NCBI GenBank assembly: GCA_977017575.1
Contig: CDRNVI010000023.1
Coordinates: 62,001-126,000, forward strand
Length of the DNA stretch: 64,000 nt
Reading direction: 5' to 3'
DNA from: Paramoeba atlantica
Taxonomy: Eukaryota; Protista; Discosea
In this document: in pieces, positions 10,899 to 21,064 of the stretch
How positions within the stretch are numbered: position 1 is the first letter of the stretch
Layout of the letters: each line of letters starts with the position of its first letter
The notes under the pieces: generated by a model
Databases searched by the model: none
What the model saw: only the letters and a program-made list of their open reading frames with translations
What the model was told of the DNA's origin: nothing
Position numbers and translations under genes: made by a program

Positions 10899-11535
10899 CT
10901 TTTAGAAAGTACCGAATAATACGTGTATGTCAACTCTCGTTGTCCACTCTCGTTGGTATTTCATTTGAAAAAAGTAAAATATACAATAGGTAGAGTAGCA
11001 ATGCTCGTTTTTTATGATGACAACAAGACACTGGAGTCTCTGATTACATTCTGATTGAATAGCCTTCTTTCCCCGACTGAACTTTTTTTTTTGAAAATTG
11101 GAAAACGTACTTTCCATAAATGTTTTTGACTTGCTTTTAGAAAGTATCGAATAATACGTGTACGTCGACTCTCGTTGGAATTTCATTTGAAAAAAGTAAA
11201 ATATGCAATAGGTAGAGTAGCAATGCTCGTTTATTATGATGACAACAAGACACTGGAGTCTCTGATTACATTCTGATTGAATAGCCTTCTTTCCCCGACT
11301 GAACTCTTTTTTTTGAAAATTGGAAAACGTACTTTCCATAAATGTTTATGATTTACTTTTAGAAACTATTGAATAATACGTGTACGTCGACTCTCGTTGG
11401 AATTTGTTTTGAAAAAAGTAAAGCATGCAATGCTAGCAAAGCTCATTTTTTATGATGATAACAAGATACTGGAGTCTCTGATTACATTCTGATTGAATAG
11501 CCTTCTTTCCCCGACTGATTTTCTTTTGAAAATGT
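10899..11535. repeat. Tandem repeat, about three copies of a ~220-235-bp unit
   Basis: TTTAGAAA...GAATAATACGTG recurs at 10901, 11136 and 11358. ACTGGAGTCTCTGATTACATTCTGATTGAATAGCCTTCTTTCCCCGACTGA is present in all three copies. Confidence 0.9.
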
Positions 11536-11735
11536 ATGCGAACAGTTAGTGGGAAAATCTGGATGGTAGGATCTACAGTATGCAGGTAGCGCTACGACTA
11601 TAAAGCGTAGGGTGCATTCAGTGCCGTTAATCATGCATTCGTAGAAAATAAAATTTTCTACGTTCATGTAATTCTAGAAAAGAAAAGAATGAACATAGCT
11701 TTTTCATTCCATTTTTTTAGACTATTTATGAATCT

Positions 11736-13817
11736 ATGAGTACCAAGGTGTTAACCCGTCTGCGTGAGGAAGCTACTGAAATTAAGCATGACCTTGCTTG
11801 TGGTGATGTTTCTCGTCAGCGGCACGCCGTGCAACGTTTGATTCATCAAATTTCTTTCTCATTCGAAAGCAGTGCCTTCTTGCATCTTCAGGACACTGTG
11901 CGATTAATATCCCGTGCTCCAGCTGACCTACGTAGCCAAATTTACTTGTATCTTGAGATTAGTGCACCGCACGATCCGGAAAAACTACGAGCCTTGGCAC
12001 CTACCCTCTGCCGGGAGCTAGGTCAAGATAATCCCATACTCAGGGCCCAACTGTGGAGAATTTTAGGTATACTTGCGCATCAGTCACTTGTAGATGTCTT
12101 AAACAGCTACATTGTGCATTGTCTACGCAGTGAAACCAATACGCATGTCCTTCGTTCCGCACTTCTAGCATGCTCACGATTTACCGCGGTCGCCTTAACC
12201 GAAGTTACGCAACGTGCATGGGTGTCAAAAATTCGAGACCTTCTTCTCAGTGCGAAGCAACCTTCTGTAATAGCAGCAGCAGCGTACGTCCTATTTTCTG
12301 TGTGGCAACAGAAAGAGAACACCAAAGATGTGAGTTATGAAGGATGTACAGAAGAAGAGTGTCAAATTTTAATTGAGGCCTTGGACCACTGTGATTCATG
12401 GGACCAGTGCTCAATTCTTGGCTATCTTCAATCACTCGAAATTGACGCTGTTAGTTCTGAGTTGCTATTAGAAAAAGCATGTACACGCTTACATCATTCC
12501 AACGGAGGCGTTGTAATGGCCGCTGTGCGACTAGCTATTCATGCACTGTTATCTCGATCTACTACTAATGATATCAAAAGGAGTACATATACCGCTCGAC
12601 TTGTGGATGCATTTTTAGCTATGGCGCTTCTGAGTTACGAAGATGACACTAAATTCGCAGCATTGCATTTTTTAGGCTTGTTGTCGCGTTATCTTCACAA
12701 TCACAGCTTGTCATCCAACGATCTACAAGCTTTGTTACCGAAAAGTCAAGATACTCCGTCTGTTCAAATTGAGAAGCTATCTCTCCTAGTTAGATTTTCT
12801 CGTCCAGACGACGTACTTCCAATATTGAACCCAATTCTAAGGTGGAGTCACTCACCAGAACAAAGTGTGGCAATTCACGCCATATATTCGTACGCGTGGG
12901 TAGGACTTCGTTGGGAAGGTCTTCGTTCGACAGTGTTTCAAGGACTCATTGCTTCTCTGGAACACTCAGCCGAGAATGGTGTAGTTTTAGAAACCGTCTT
13001 ACATGCGCTTGTCGATCACTTGCGTCGTTACCCTAGCCTATATGTAAAATCTGTCGCGTCAGTTTGCTCCAAAGTTGCGGAATCCATAGCTTCTAGTGGA
13101 ACAGTGGGTCGGATTTCATTCTTATGGCTCATCGGTAGCTTTGCCAAAGCCTTTGGGGAATCTGCATTTTGCAATATTGAACTAGTTGCGGAGCACTGTG
13201 AACCTTTATGCGTTGAAGAACAGCTTGCCCTGCTCACAGCGACTTCTAAATTATACGTTTCTGCTCCTTCGACTCAAATACAAGATTATCTTTATAGCTT
13301 ACTCCAATTACATGCGGATAATGACAACATTGAACTACGCGAAAGAGCTCTATTTTACTGGCGCCTTCTTACAGTGGAAGACACCAGCGTACGCTCTTCC
13401 TTATTTTTGCAGAACGGTATCTCAACAGACCCACCTCGGGCGTCCGACTCTGAAATTCAAGTACTCGAGAAGAATCTTTTTAGTTTCGGAGACAATAGCT
13501 GTATTTTGGGATGCAAAATCTCTTGTTGCAGGGAAAAACGGTCTGACCTATCTTTACGCTCATCGGACCGTAAGATCGGCTTTTGTTCCGTACTTTATCC
13601 ACGTCAAACAGCACTGAAACAACCCCTTCTTCACAGCAGCGATATAGAGCAACTTAAAGCGTATTATCAGAAAAGAGTAAAGGTGCAAACTGCAGTCCCA
13701 GCTATTGAAAACGGAAACTTTGGCAACACATCATCATTGGAGAACGAGCAGCAGCTTGAGATGACATCAACGAAAATAGACAAAAACATCATTGACCTAG
13801 ACTCCTTATTATTATGA
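11736..13817 (+). CDS. Divergent beta-adaptin (AP complex beta subunit, Adaptin_N trunk)
   Basis: DNPILRAQL..L, DSWDQCSIL, RLHHSNGGVVMAAVR, QIEKLSLL and ELRERALFYWRLL match beta-adaptin landmarks. A polypyrimidine tract plus AG at ~11700-11720 resembles a trans-splice acceptor. Confidence 0.8.
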   Translation: MSTKVLTRLREEATEIKHDLACGDVSRQRHAVQRLIHQISFSFESSAFLHLQDTVRLISRAPADLRSQIYLYLEISAPHDPEKLRALAPTLCRELGQDNPILRAQLWRILGILAHQSLVDVLNSYIVHCLRSETNTHVLRSALLACSRFTAVALTEVTQRAWVSKIRDLLLSAKQPSVIAAAAYVLFSVWQQKENTKDVSYEGCTEEECQILIEALDHCDSWDQCSILGYLQSLEIDAVSSELLLEKACTRLHHSNGGVVMAAVRLAIHALLSRSTTNDIKRSTYTARLVDAFLAMALLSYEDDTKFAALHFLGLLSRYLHNHSLSSNDLQALLPKSQDTPSVQIEKLSLLVRFSRPDDVLPILNPILRWSHSPEQSVAIHAIYSYAWVGLRWEGLRSTVFQGLIASLEHSAENGVVLETVLHALVDHLRRYPSLYVKSVASVCSKVAESIASSGTVGRISFLWLIGSFAKAFGESAFCNIELVAEHCEPLCVEEQLALLTATSKLYVSAPSTQIQDYLYSLLQLHADNDNIELRERALFYWRLLTVEDTSVRSSLFLQNGISTDPPRASDSEIQVLEKNLFSFGDNSCILGCKISCCREKRSDLSLRSSDRKIGFCSVLYPRQTALKQPLLHSSDIEQLKAYYQKRVKVQTAVPAIENGNFGNTSSLENEQQLEMTSTKIDKNIIDLDSLLL

Positions 13818-14169
13818 GAACAGTGACTACGGTTACTTTCGTATCATAAAGCGCATGTACATTTCCTTATAAACGTATTTCCTTACAAATTGCATTGTAT
13901 GCTACGGTCTTTTCTTATCGTTCGTTCAATAGAAAAACAACGCAAAACTCATGAGAATATAGGTTACAAGCAAATTTGTTGAAGCTGCGAGCAGTCTGTT
14001 TACAAGGAGTCGACTATCTACGTGTTCCGTAATTTTTCTCCATGTTTTTATCTCTCGATTATATTCACGTAGAATAAATTGTGGAGTAAATGTAGAATAA
14101 ATTATGAAATATAAATTAGAAAGCTAGAGAACTCTAAATAAAGTTAACTTAATAAATTACAGTATTACG

Positions 14170-16635
14170 ATGCTTTGCGTTTGTCGGCTTCACCACAACT
14201 TGAGCACAAAGCTCTACGGACATCGCCTAAGAACAAAGGTAAAGGGATGGGTTCCGCGTCTTTCTAAGACCACATCCAAGCAGCGCAATCTTGTTGAGTC
14301 GTCTCCTACTACCCAAGCATCAGAATCCTTCACAGAGAACGGTACAAATAATACCCCTTCCAGCAGTCGTTCCCTCTGCAATCAAGAGAAACGTGACCTT
14401 CACATCGCCGAAATCGCGGACGCCACTTTTCGCAAAGGGGTGCGCCACGTAGGCGTCAGCCGCAATATTACATACCTTCCCGAGGGAAACCCCGCGGTTC
14501 CGGAAGTCGTGTTATGCGGCAGCGTCCCCAGCGGAAAGAACAACCTCCTTCGAGCGCTTTTTAAAAAAGGCAGCGCCGCTGCGAACCGTGCCCGACGTCC
14601 ACTGTTTTGTTACGCCATGAACACGTTTTTGGTCGGGGAGAGTTTCTACATCGTCGACACTCCCGCCTATGGGGGTCGCTGGGTGAGCTGGAGCACTGTC
14701 CTAGAACATGCGTGTTTGATTTACAACTTCATTCGTTTTCGCCCCAATGTGCGACAAATTTATTACTGTGTCACCCCGACGGGGAACAACCGACTGGCGG
14801 TACGCGACATGGACATGCTGCAGTTTATGCAACGTGATCTCCCGGTGGGAAGTTTCACCGTGCTGCTGACAGGGTGCGAAAAATATGGCGCCGATCCCAT
14901 GGAGATAACTTTGCAGCTACGGGCAAAAGGAGTGGAAGTTCCAGTCATTGCATGCGGTACCAAGACGTTAGGAGGGATGGATACACTGCGGTTCGATATG
15001 GTGAACCACTGCGTGCGTACGATTCCCACCTCCATGCTTTCGGCTCGGGAATTCCGTCGACTTTCTCGGCGTATGTTAAGCGCGAAAGAGTTGGCAGCGC
15101 TTCCGCAGATGAAGGAACGACCGAGGCTCCCCCCGCCACTCAGTACCGCACATGAAAGGGCGTGGCAATGGGATTGGTTCGTTCAAAGGAACAAAGATTT
15201 TCTTTTGAACGCGTCTTCTGTGATCGATGAAATGAACCCTCAGTTAGTCTCGAGCACTACAATGGGCACACGGCTTGACGAAGAAACAAGCCACGTCGTA
15301 ACTGACCCAGCACGTGAATCACTTCCTCACCCCGTAACCAACGAAAGGAACACAACTCCTGTTGCGCAGGAATTATCCTCCCACGACACTCTCCTCCCCC
15401 ATATCCTCACCCCCACAGATACAACTCTCTCACAAGCACCTTCCAAAACACATGTACCCGGGACCACTGCACCCCCTACCCCTACCCCCGTCACCCCTAC
15501 CCCCTCTTGCACCACCACTCCCTCTACCCCAACTTCCCTTACCTCTACCCCTACCACCCTTATCCCTACTCTCCCTCCCTCTACCCCCACCATCCCCACC
15601 TCTACGACGCTTACCACTCCCTCTACCACCCCTACGACTATCACCCCTACCTCCACGACTCTTATCCCTACAACTCCCTCTACCCCAACTTCCCTTACCT
15701 CTACCCCTCCCTCTACCCCTACTACTCCCTCTACCCCTACGACTCTTATCCCTACCTCTCCCTCTACCCCTACCTCTCCCTCTACCCCTACGACTCTTAT
15801 CCCTACTTCCCTTACCCCAACAACCCCCACTCCCCCTACGACGCTCATCCCTCCTCCCCACACCGCTACCCCCCCCACGACGCCTGCCCCCACACGCACC
15901 TCCCGCACGCCCCCCTTCACCCCCCTCGCCCGTGCCCTCCGCAAGCTCACCTCCCTCCCCTACCTCACCACCCTCCACGCCCTCGCCCCCCACCGCAACC
16001 CCCTCACCGCCTACCCCCCCCACCTCCAACCCACCCCCTCCCCCCGGCGCAACCTCACGCGCTGCCCCGGCGACCCCACCAACCCCTACCTCACCCACCC
16101 CCAGGTCGTCGCGGCCCGCGCCGACCTCGTGTGGAGGGCCGTGCCAGGGGACAACGCGGTGCGGCGCCTCCAGGGGGGCTACGTCGTGGAGGGCGGCAGG
16201 AGGGGGAGGTACGGGGGACACGAGGAGGGGGGAGGGGGGGAAGGAAGGAACCGGGTGGGGCAGGGGGGGAGGAACAGCAGGGTGGGGGGATGGAAGAGGT
16301 ACACGTTGCCGTATTTTCCCGAGATTGTGGCGGTGTCGTTGCGACCGAGTGCGGTGGCGACGGAGGCGGTGGGGCATATGGAGACGAATTTGGGCGCGGG
16401 GAGGGGGAGGAGGGGAGGGGCGAAGACCCCGACACGGGCGTTAAGGCTCACTGCGGCGATGGTGAGTGGTTTTGTGGATGTACATGGGCGGTCGTTGAAA
16501 GAGCCGTATTTGCAGCATCCAGCGGTGCAGGAAAGCTTGCGGAGGGAGTTGTCTCGGGAAGGGGGGCTGCTTCCTTGTGGCGAGTCCGCAAACGAAGAGG
16601 GAAAACAAAACTGGAATGCCATTTTGGAAGATTAG
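14170..16635 (+). CDS. EngB/YihA-like GTPase domain with a long Pro/Thr-rich then Gly-rich extension
   Basis: PEVVLCGSVPSGKNNLLRAL (G1-like), YIVDTPAYGG (G3-like) and FTVLLTGCEK (G4-like), all degenerate. Low-complexity from about 15460. Confidence 0.6.
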   Translation: MLCVCRLHHNLSTKLYGHRLRTKVKGWVPRLSKTTSKQRNLVESSPTTQASESFTENGTNNTPSSSRSLCNQEKRDLHIAEIADATFRKGVRHVGVSRNITYLPEGNPAVPEVVLCGSVPSGKNNLLRALFKKGSAAANRARRPLFCYAMNTFLVGESFYIVDTPAYGGRWVSWSTVLEHACLIYNFIRFRPNVRQIYYCVTPTGNNRLAVRDMDMLQFMQRDLPVGSFTVLLTGCEKYGADPMEITLQLRAKGVEVPVIACGTKTLGGMDTLRFDMVNHCVRTIPTSMLSAREFRRLSRRMLSAKELAALPQMKERPRLPPPLSTAHERAWQWDWFVQRNKDFLLNASSVIDEMNPQLVSSTTMGTRLDEETSHVVTDPARESLPHPVTNERNTTPVAQELSSHDTLLPHILTPTDTTLSQAPSKTHVPGTTAPPTPTPVTPTPSCTTTPSTPTSLTSTPTTLIPTLPPSTPTIPTSTTLTTPSTTPTTITPTSTTLIPTTPSTPTSLTSTPPSTPTTPSTPTTLIPTSPSTPTSPSTPTTLIPTSLTPTTPTPPTTLIPPPHTATPPTTPAPTRTSRTPPFTPLARALRKLTSLPYLTTLHALAPHRNPLTAYPPHLQPTPSPRRNLTRCPGDPTNPYLTHPQVVAARADLVWRAVPGDNAVRRLQGGYVVEGGRRGRYGGHEEGGGGEGRNRVGQGGRNSRVGGWKRYTLPYFPEIVAVSLRPSAVATEAVGHMETNLGAGRGRRGGAKTPTRALRLTAAMVSGFVDVHGRSLKEPYLQHPAVQESLRRELSREGGLLPCGESANEEGKQNWNAILED

Positions 16636-16800
16636 TTTTAGTCCGTGCAACGTGCATTGTGCATAGTGTATACAGCTGTTTATTGTAGTAGTGATTTATT
16701 TTGCATTCATTTTTCATTTTTTTCTTCTCTAACAAACAGAATCGAACCTATATCGGCACTACAATCCAGACATTGTTTCCTAAACCTCTTTCCATATTAC

Positions 16801-17658
16801 ATGACCCCTATCCTTCCTGTATTCACATACGAACCTACCCCTTCACACTCCCCAGGCAGTCGGCTCGGGAAGGCACGTCATACGATGCTCCCTCCAGAGA
16901 CCTCACTGCTGCTTTTCCTCCAGCACGTCCACGAGAATCTTCACCACAGCTGGAAGCCCTCCCAGAGAGCCTGCACGTGGCGGCACGTCGCCTGTGATGC
17001 GGACCAGCGTGTGGTGCGACTGATATGGCACTATTTAATGCTCCGGGGTAACCTCACGTGGCACCACCTACCCTCCACCGTGCGCTATCTCCATCTTACC
17101 GGGAATGAACTCCGAGGGGAGGTGGAGCTACGGTGCCTGGGGGAGGAAATGACCAACGCGTTTTTGAATTTGAACTCATTCGCCGGCTCCCTGGATCTAG
17201 GCTCGCTACCACCCAGTATGGAAAACTTTTTCGGTTCCCAGAATGAGTTTCAAGGGGAGCTCGACCTCACATCGCTTCCGGCAAAATTACAAAACCTTCA
17301 CCTCGGGAACAATCGGTTCCATGGCACCGTGGACTTGGAGCACCTCCCTCGGTTGCTGCGTAACCTCCATCTAGGGGATAACGCGCTCTCTGGGCGAATC
17401 TCCCTGTTACGACTGCCTCAAACCCTGCATGGACTCTATCTCCACGGGAACGATTTTGTCGGAGGGGTGGATGTCTCACGACTCCCTCCGTATTTACAGG
17501 AATTAGGACTTCAGCGGACGCGGTTGTTGCCGTTTCCCGAGTATGCGCGTTTAAAACCTGCGCAGCATATGAAAACGGGGCCCTATGAGGAGCCGAGGAT
17601 TTCGGTAGGCTTTGTTACGATACTTGCCGTAGTTGCCGTCTTGTGTCATTTGCTGTAG
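16801..17658 (+). CDS. LRR protein with a hydrophobic C-terminus
   Basis: CTWRHVACD cap, LPSTVRYLHLTGNELRG-type repeats and a terminal VGFVTILAVVAVLCHLL. Start placed at the first ATG. Confidence 0.8.
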   Translation: MTPILPVFTYEPTPSHSPGSRLGKARHTMLPPETSLLLFLQHVHENLHHSWKPSQRACTWRHVACDADQRVVRLIWHYLMLRGNLTWHHLPSTVRYLHLTGNELRGEVELRCLGEEMTNAFLNLNSFAGSLDLGSLPPSMENFFGSQNEFQGELDLTSLPAKLQNLHLGNNRFHGTVDLEHLPRLLRNLHLGDNALSGRISLLRLPQTLHGLYLHGNDFVGGVDVSRLPPYLQELGLQRTRLLPFPEYARLKPAQHMKTGPYEEPRISVGFVTILAVVAVLCHLL

Positions 17659-19341
17659 GGAGCATGGGGATGAGAATGAGCAGTTTTAGCAATTCGCATG
17701 TGAAACTCTAACGCCTCCTTCTTTGGTATCGTCATTTTTCGGTTTGACCTCTAGTGGTAGAAGGTTGTTCTTTCAATGCTTCTTACTGAGGAAACGCTGA
17801 TTCGTCGAAAATTTGGAGTATTCTGTGTTGTGTGTGATGCTCTGTAAAGGACGTGCGCACCGATTCGTTTCCTGAATTCGTTTCCTAAATCTACGATTGT
17901 CAATCATCAAAGATTCCGGGTCACCTGCGCTCAAATTGTACAAACAAAAAAGAACTGACCACTTCGACTACTTTTCAATTTAAAATCGTTCTGAGTACCA
18001 TAAAACAATAATTCCCGAAATTTGAAAGATTGGAGCCCATTCAAAATCACTAGAATATTCTTTAGAATTACATGTATGACAGCGCAGCAAGCTCACTGGG
18101 GGGTAAACTGGGATTTTAGTAGATCTGGGTGATTTTCATCAACTCCAAGTTCCTTCATTAAGACGAAATCCACACCCCTGAAAGCAGCTGGAGGAAAAAT
18201 CACTAACTACTTGATCTAAGCTCTTCTCAAGGAATAAAAGTAGCAATCACTACTTTTTAAATAGTAACTTTGGTAATTACTATTGCGGTGGTTGTAAAAC
18301 TACCGCTCTACCCTCGATTATTGAAAAGAAAAATTAAAAGTGAACAATGAAAATATAAAGAGGAATACAGTAATAAGGAAAAAAATATAAAAGGGGGCTC
18401 CGGTGGTCCAAAATTGAAATAAAAATTGAAAAACAATGGGGGGTCTAGGGGGGGTATACCGCACGATCTTTTTTTGAAAAAATTATTTTTCGAAACAAAC
18501 TCGCAGAAGGGGTGGCCGGGGTCTTGGCGCGCATTTTCCACCCCCCACTCGCACCCTTATCTGTCATATAAGCCGCACCCTTATCTGTCATAAACCAATT
18601 AAAAAAAAGGCGACCCCTTAAAAAAAATTTCAAGGCCTAAAAAAGATTTCAACCCCTAAAAAAAAAATCGACCCCTAAAAAAAATTTCAACCCCTTCCAA
18701 AAATTTACAATTTTGCTACACAGTTAACATAAAAAATAGGTAACCTCAATTGTGCTTCCGGTGAGGCCCCGGAGTTGCGAGAGGCCTCCATACCCCACAA
18801 CTACCACCTTCCCCCCTATTTAGCGGGGGTCGCGCGAGCGACCCCTGATAAATGGGGGGAAGGTGGTAGTTGTTTTGGGGAATATGAGAGGCCGAACGCA
18901 CGGAGGGGCCGGCCGGGCCAATGAGTCACGTCAAAGTGTGACGCTGAGTTCGTGGGAAGCAATTTGCGAAGCCCTAGGTGATGATCAGTTGTATTGGACG
19001 ACACCGAGACAAACCACAGAAATCCCGGATACGACAAGGTCTAGATATCATAAAGAGAGAAAAAACCGGAGCTGTGGACGCGAAAAAGAAGCCCAATTGA
19101 AAAAGTATGAATTTTTTGATACTAATTATTGAGATCAAACTTGCACGCCCAAGGGATCTCTTTTGGGAAATTTCATAAGGAAAGCACAAATGAATAAACA
19201 ATCGAGTTTTATATAATATTTCGCACAAAAGCTTTACTCCATTGTATCAAGATTGCGCACGATTTCCAAGGTGCTAACAATCGCTTCTTCACCAGCAGAT
19301 GAAACTGCTTCATGAGAATTCTCAGAGTCGGGAGAGTCATA

Positions 19342-19955
19342 CAAGAGCGGAGGGCGACACTTTAAAATCTCTTTGTGGAGGCTCAGTGGGGATGTTCGAT
19401 GTTCATGCGCTCGTTGGCGCAGAGATACAGCCCTTGATGCGACAACCGATATCATCGGCACAATCCGTAATGACGGATGTCGCACCAAGGGGATTAGCAC
19501 GGACTCTGTCGGTAGAGGGGGTCCAGGCAACTCGCCCTCTCTTTACGCAGCCGGAGGGGCACACTGCAACCGACTCGGTCCCAGTCGGTAGAGGTGGTCC
19601 AGGCAACTCACCACCTCTTTACGCAGCCGGAGGGGCGCACTGCAACCGACCGCTGCCTCGCGATAAGACGAGGCGGAGCCACGCCCAGTGGTCTTCAAGG
19701 GAGGTCACCATGGCGCATGGCTCCCCGGGAAGGAAAGGGCGCGAAAGGAAGAAATCCGGGGAGGGAAGAAAACTCGCTCAAAGAGTGAGCCGGGGAGGGG
19801 TGATGGGGTGGAAGCGCGTCCCCTACTTTGCCGAGAAAGAGGGACAGTTTCGGCCTTAGTGCCGGCCGGCAACGGGCATATGAACAGTAAGACTATGCCC
19901 GTTGCCGGGGAAAGAAAAGATAAACAAGGTACAGAAACTGTATCTTTATAGCGTT
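19342..19955 (-). mobile_element. SL-headed non-coding retroposon-like insert (3' boundary uncertain, ~19342-19385)
   Basis: The minus strand begins AACGCTATAAAGATACAGTTTCTGTACCTTGTTT immediately after the transposase VLG codons. A 15-bp-stem hairpin, a 76-bp tandem duplication and a 3' motif shared with the HERO-like element follow. Confidence 0.7.
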
Positions 19956-20879
19956 CCCAAGAACTTCTTTTGGACGCTCATTTATTTCAAATGCAACGCG
20001 GCGCACCTCTTCCTGCGACTGGGCAAGAAACGGGAGCTTTTTAGGATAATAGTCGCGCACTAGGCCATTAAAATTTTCAACGCCCCCCTTCTCCCAGCTC
20101 GCATACGGCTTGCAGAAAAAGGAAATGCAGTCATACGCCTGGTTGATTATCTCGTGCTTTGCGAATTCCGTACCATTGTCGTATGTAATGCTTTGCACAC
20201 GGTAGCCTTTGAGAGCTTCAACGATCATGTCAGCCACATGATCTGACTTTTTGTTCTCAAGTTTACGCAGTATTCCAAATCTACTCTTCCGCTCGATCAG
20301 GCTTAAAAGATATCCGCTGTGTTTGGCGCCTTCGATGAGATCAGCTTCCCAATCTCCATATCTCTCTCTGTTGTTTATTATCTCAGGGCGTTCAGAAATA
20401 TCTACACGATTTTGAATACGAAATCGATTCGAGCCACGGCGACGCCGACATCGGCGTGAGCCGCCACGGCGGAGAAAACGTCCCAAGTTTCCACCGTAGC
20501 CTTCATCTCGTTTTATAAAATTATAAATCGCCTTCCGAGATGTACTGATACCATGCTCCTTATTCAGAGTGACACTAATCTGTTGCGGGCTGTATCGCCG
20601 TTCCAGAAGGCTGGTCACTAGTCCAGTTACTTCGCCGTCTACTTTCCGGTGGCGGACCAAGCGCTTTGACATTGTATTCTTCGCCGTTCGTTCGGCCAAG
20701 CGAGGGTCATACACGTTTCGCTTGCAGCCCCGCTTCAATTCACGGCTGAGTCCTGACTGCGTAATCCCTACTTGTTCTGCAATCTCCTCCTGTGACATCT
20801 CTCCGTTATTATATAACAATGCGATATGCGACCGATGAGTTGAATCGATGCGTGTGCTGACTCTACCTTCCACCGTCAT
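19893..20879 (-). CDS. IS30-family (Tra8-like) DDE transposase; C-terminus replaced by the SL-headed insert
   Basis: N-terminal HTH (SQEEIAEQVGITQSGLSRELKR), SPQQIS, DISERPEIINNRERYGDWEAD, SITYDNGTEFAKH, FCKPYASWEKGGVENFNGLVR and INERPKEVLG. D-E spacing is 33. Confidence 0.93.
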   Translation of the reverse strand: MTVEGRVSTRIDSTHRSHIALLYNNGEMSQEEIAEQVGITQSGLSRELKRGCKRNVYDPRLAERTAKNTMSKRLVRHRKVDGEVTGLVTSLLERRYSPQQISVTLNKEHGISTSRKAIYNFIKRDEGYGGNLGRFLRRGGSRRCRRRRGSNRFRIQNRVDISERPEIINNRERYGDWEADLIEGAKHSGYLLSLIERKSRFGILRKLENKKSDHVADMIVEALKGYRVQSITYDNGTEFAKHEIINQAYDCISFFCKPYASWEKGGVENFNGLVRDYYPKKLPFLAQSQEEVRRVAFEINERPKEVLGNAIKIQFLYLVYLFFPRQRA

Positions 20880-20905
20880 TCACAGAAAATTAACAAAAAA
20901 TGTAT

Positions 20906-21064
20906 TATGACAGATAAGGGTGCAGTATGACAGATAAGGGTGCCTTATGACAGATAAGGGTGTATATGACAGACAAGGGTGCATTATGACAGATAAGGGT
21001 GCATTATGACAGATAAGGGTGCATTTATGACAGATAAGGGTGCATTTATGACAGATAAGGGTGC
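20906..21064. repeat. Eight tandem copies of the TIR core TATGACAGATAAGGGTGC (19-21-bp period); two inverted copies at 18551-18591
   Basis: Copies start at 20906, 20926, 20946, 20965, 20985, 21005, 21026 and 21047. Confidence 0.95.

Noticed and set aside
15327-16688. Overlapping long ORFs in several frames and strands (Gly-, Pro-, Arg- or Tyr-rich)
   Set aside because: By-products of stop-poor C-rich and G-rich sequence; no domain motifs.
19780-19910. Hammerhead or HDV ribozyme in the SL-headed insert (GGCCGAAAC)
   Set aside because: No CTGATGA core or complete HDV pseudoknot could be assembled by eye; a covariance-model search is needed.
19893-20879. Simple bacterial contamination or chimeric contig
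   Set aside because: The element precisely interrupts a host repeat found intact elsewhere and contains an SL-headed insert. Read-level confirmation is still needed.
20906-21064. CRISPR-like array
   Set aside because: Units are separated by only 1-4 variable nt, with no spacers or cas genes. The unit is the TIR core of the IS30-like element.
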